DNA of 49,071 bases from Elusimicrobiota bacterium (GTDB lineage Bacteria > Elusimicrobiota > Elusimicrobia > Elusimicrobiales > UBA9959). The DNA is taken from assembly GCA_026388125.1 (NCBI GenBank), contig JAPLKJ010000219.1, forward strand, positions 1 through 49,071. Direction: 5' to 3'. The notes under the pieces are model-generated. The model worked only from the letters and a program-made list of their open reading frames with translations. It had not been told where the DNA came from and made no database searches. The position numbers and the translations under genes are program-made. Shown in pieces: positions 47,312 to 49,071 of the stretch (positions within the stretch are counted from its first letter, which is position 1; every line of letters begins with the position of its first letter).

Positions 47312-49071
47312 CTAGCAAATGTCCATGCAACATTTTTTATATTTTCTGCCGCTGCCGCATGGACACTTGTCGTTTCTTCCAATAGTTGTAGTTGCTCTCT
47401 CCCGAGACACCCTAGCTTTCTTAAGTGATTCTGCCAATTCTTTTACTTTTTCCAACTCAAAGGAAGAAAGCGAATTAAGTTTCAAAAACTTGAAACATAC
47501 ATCAGTGATACTAGAGTTTTTATCAAAAAACAATTCAATGAGTATTCTTTCCGAATCATTGCGGATGATCATCGCTGCTTGCGAATGTTCTATTGCGAAC
47601 CTCTCATTTCTATCGAATACCCCTTCTTGCCAACAATAGATACTAATCTTTTCTCCTACAAATGTTGAGATAGATTTAGGACGCATATCGCGCGCCTGCT
47701 CTATCAATAACTCATCTATACCTGAAGCTATCTTTTCTCGCCAATAGCTGTCGCAATTTAGAAGAGCTCGAACGACCCGCGAGCGTCCAGGCCGTGTTCC
47801 TTTTACCAAGATGTCGTTAATTTCCCTGATTCTTTTTGGAGTCTTTTGTTTTGGAAGATGAACATCAGGAATGCCAGAAGCTTTTCTTGAATAATACCTA
47901 TCAATGTCCGCAGCGTACCCGACCCATTGCATCGGTTCATTTTCATTGAATTGTTTGGCATACTCGGTATAAAGATTGTGTTTTAAATATAACCCAAGAT
48001 GATATAACTCATCATCCAATTTAATCTGGAGAGATTTACTCGCCCGCAATCTTTCTTCCACAAAATGGAGGAACACCAATGGGTTCTCGAAAATATCCGA
48101 GTATACCGTTAGATCCTCAACCGATATTGACCAGACCGGAGAAGCACCGACATCCACTCCAATATCTTTAAGATGTGTTACTTGCGCAGCATATTCAGTA
48201 AACGGGTCTAAACTGACAGCCAAAATCACATTCTGCCGATAATCTCTATATGATACTCGCTTAATTTCACTATGAGAGGAATCGAATAGTGCCACTTCTT
48301 CCGCAGATGCAAGATACTTCAAAAATCTCTCCCCTTGCTTTGCCGGAGTAAGGACTAAATCCCTTAAAGATCGTATATACATGGGGAAGTCTGTGGCAGG
48401 AGAAATTAACTTAAAGGCACCTGCTTTTACCTCAACGACGAACAAGTAGTCATCATAAGTCAATACTGCATCAACTTCTCCCCACTGTCGGGGTGCCCCG
48501 CCTTCGGGCTGTATTGGGTAAAACACATTCCGATAGACTTGTGCGCCAGGAAGCAATCGCAGCAATAGATCACACGGGATCTTTTCTGAAATATCTTTCT
48601 GTTTATTGTTCCATGTCTCTTGATATCCCGGTTTATTTTTTAAAATCACTCTCTGCAAGGCACGGTAAAGGTGGTCGTACATGCCATGCAAATCAAAACA
48701 GTAATAATGATTATTTATCTTTAAAAATGGCCGCTTGAATACTGGCCAAACTCTCAATGGCCACCCACGAAACTTACCTTCAGAGAAAAACTCCAAATCT
48801 TCACCTACTCCCCAAGAAAGTGCGTCTAGGACATTTGAAGAAAAACCACTTGTTTTTTGTAAATCAAATAGGTCCTCCTGGAACAACCGTCCAATAATAC
48901 TTCCCTGCCAGTCTCCCCAACCTCTATCCACAACAATTTCATGCATTAGCCTGGGAATTTCATCTTCTGTCAAAATAGGATGTGTTTTTTGTTTTTCCTC
49001 CAGCTCTTGTAGCGTAGCCTGCCTGAATTCATTAAATTCTGCAAAAGCATCTGAAATCCCGATGGTTAGAG
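47312..49071 (-). CDS. Large protein with PD-(D/E)xK/NERD-like nuclease motif and C-terminal SEC-C motif (5' end outside window)
   Basis: GEVDAVLTYDDYLFVVEVKAG; GRNDKCPCGSGRKYKKCC; the frame stays open upstream of 48973 to the window edge (LTIGISDAFAEFNEFRQ...). Confidence 0.85.
   Translation of the reverse strand, partial: LTIGISDAFAEFNEFRQATLQELEEKQKTHPILTEDEIPRLMHEIVVDRGWGDWQGSIIGRLFQEDLFDLQKTSGFSSNVLDALSWGVGEDLEFFSEGKFRGWPLRVWPVFKRPFLKINNHYYCFDLHGMYDHLYRALQRVILKNKPGYQETWNNKQKDISEKIPCDLLLRLLPGAQVYRNVFYPIQPEGGAPRQWGEVDAVLTYDDYLFVVEVKAGAFKLISPATDFPMYIRSLRDLVLTPAKQGERFLKYLASAEEVALFDSSHSEIKRVSYRDYRQNVILAVSLDPFTEYAAQVTHLKDIGVDVGASPVWSISVEDLTVYSDIFENPLVFLHFVEERLRASKSLQIKLDDELYHLGLYLKHNLYTEYAKQFNENEPMQWVGYAADIDRYYSRKASGIPDVHLPKQKTPKRIREINDILVKGTRPGRSRVVRALLNCDSYWREKIASGIDELLIEQARDMRPKSISTFVGEKISIYCWQEGVFDRNERFAIEHSQAAMIIRNDSERILIELFFDKNSSITDVCFKFLKLNSLSSFELEKVKELAESLKKARVSRERATTTIGRNDKCPCGSGRKYKKCCMDIC

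Larger units (their letters stand above)
25691..49071. mobile_element. Integrative genomic (defence) island adjoining tRNA-Val; right end outside window
   Basis: Tyrosine integrase next to a tRNA, arm-like repeats, two excisionase-type HTHs, visible drop in GC content, R-M and nuclease cargo. The left boundary is approximate. Confidence 0.85.

Noticed and set aside
47312-48973. secA call from the SEC-C motif
   Set aside because: No SecA ATPase/DEAD motifs in the visible sequence; the SEC-C tail alone is not diagnostic.

Overview
The window has two parts. Positions 1-25,690 are GC-rich core chromosome. They carry a K+/H+ antiporter, response regulators and a histidine kinase, gsk, blc, a TetR-controlled acyl-CoA cluster (SDR, atypical FabH, a broken CoA-transferase, thiolase, secreted hydrolase), a YejM-like sulfatase, rlmN, purF, a second thiolase, dedA and tRNA-Val(CAC). 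The sequence style suggests an Elusimicrobiota-like bacterium, but that is inference only. From about 25,700 to the window end lies a visibly more AT-rich integrative island sitting on the 5' side of the tRNA. Its integration module is unusual: a tyrosine integrase flanked by inverted arrays of 10-bp repeats, with three upstream arrays phased at exactly 52 bp. Upstream is a DNA methyltransferase fused to an excisionase-type HTH, preceded by a structured leader. The cargo looks like a defence island: HNH type IV nuclease, NERD-helicase, BsuBI/PstI-type R-M and a SEC-C nuclease-like protein. It also holds two modules I cannot assign to a known system: a Zn-ribbon/ADP-ribosyltransferase-like plus TPR gene pair, and a five-gene unit (alpha/alpha-barrel protein, NMT1/THI5 ABC transporter, membrane-bound SAM methyltransferase). 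All family calls come from reading motifs by eye; no database searches were run.
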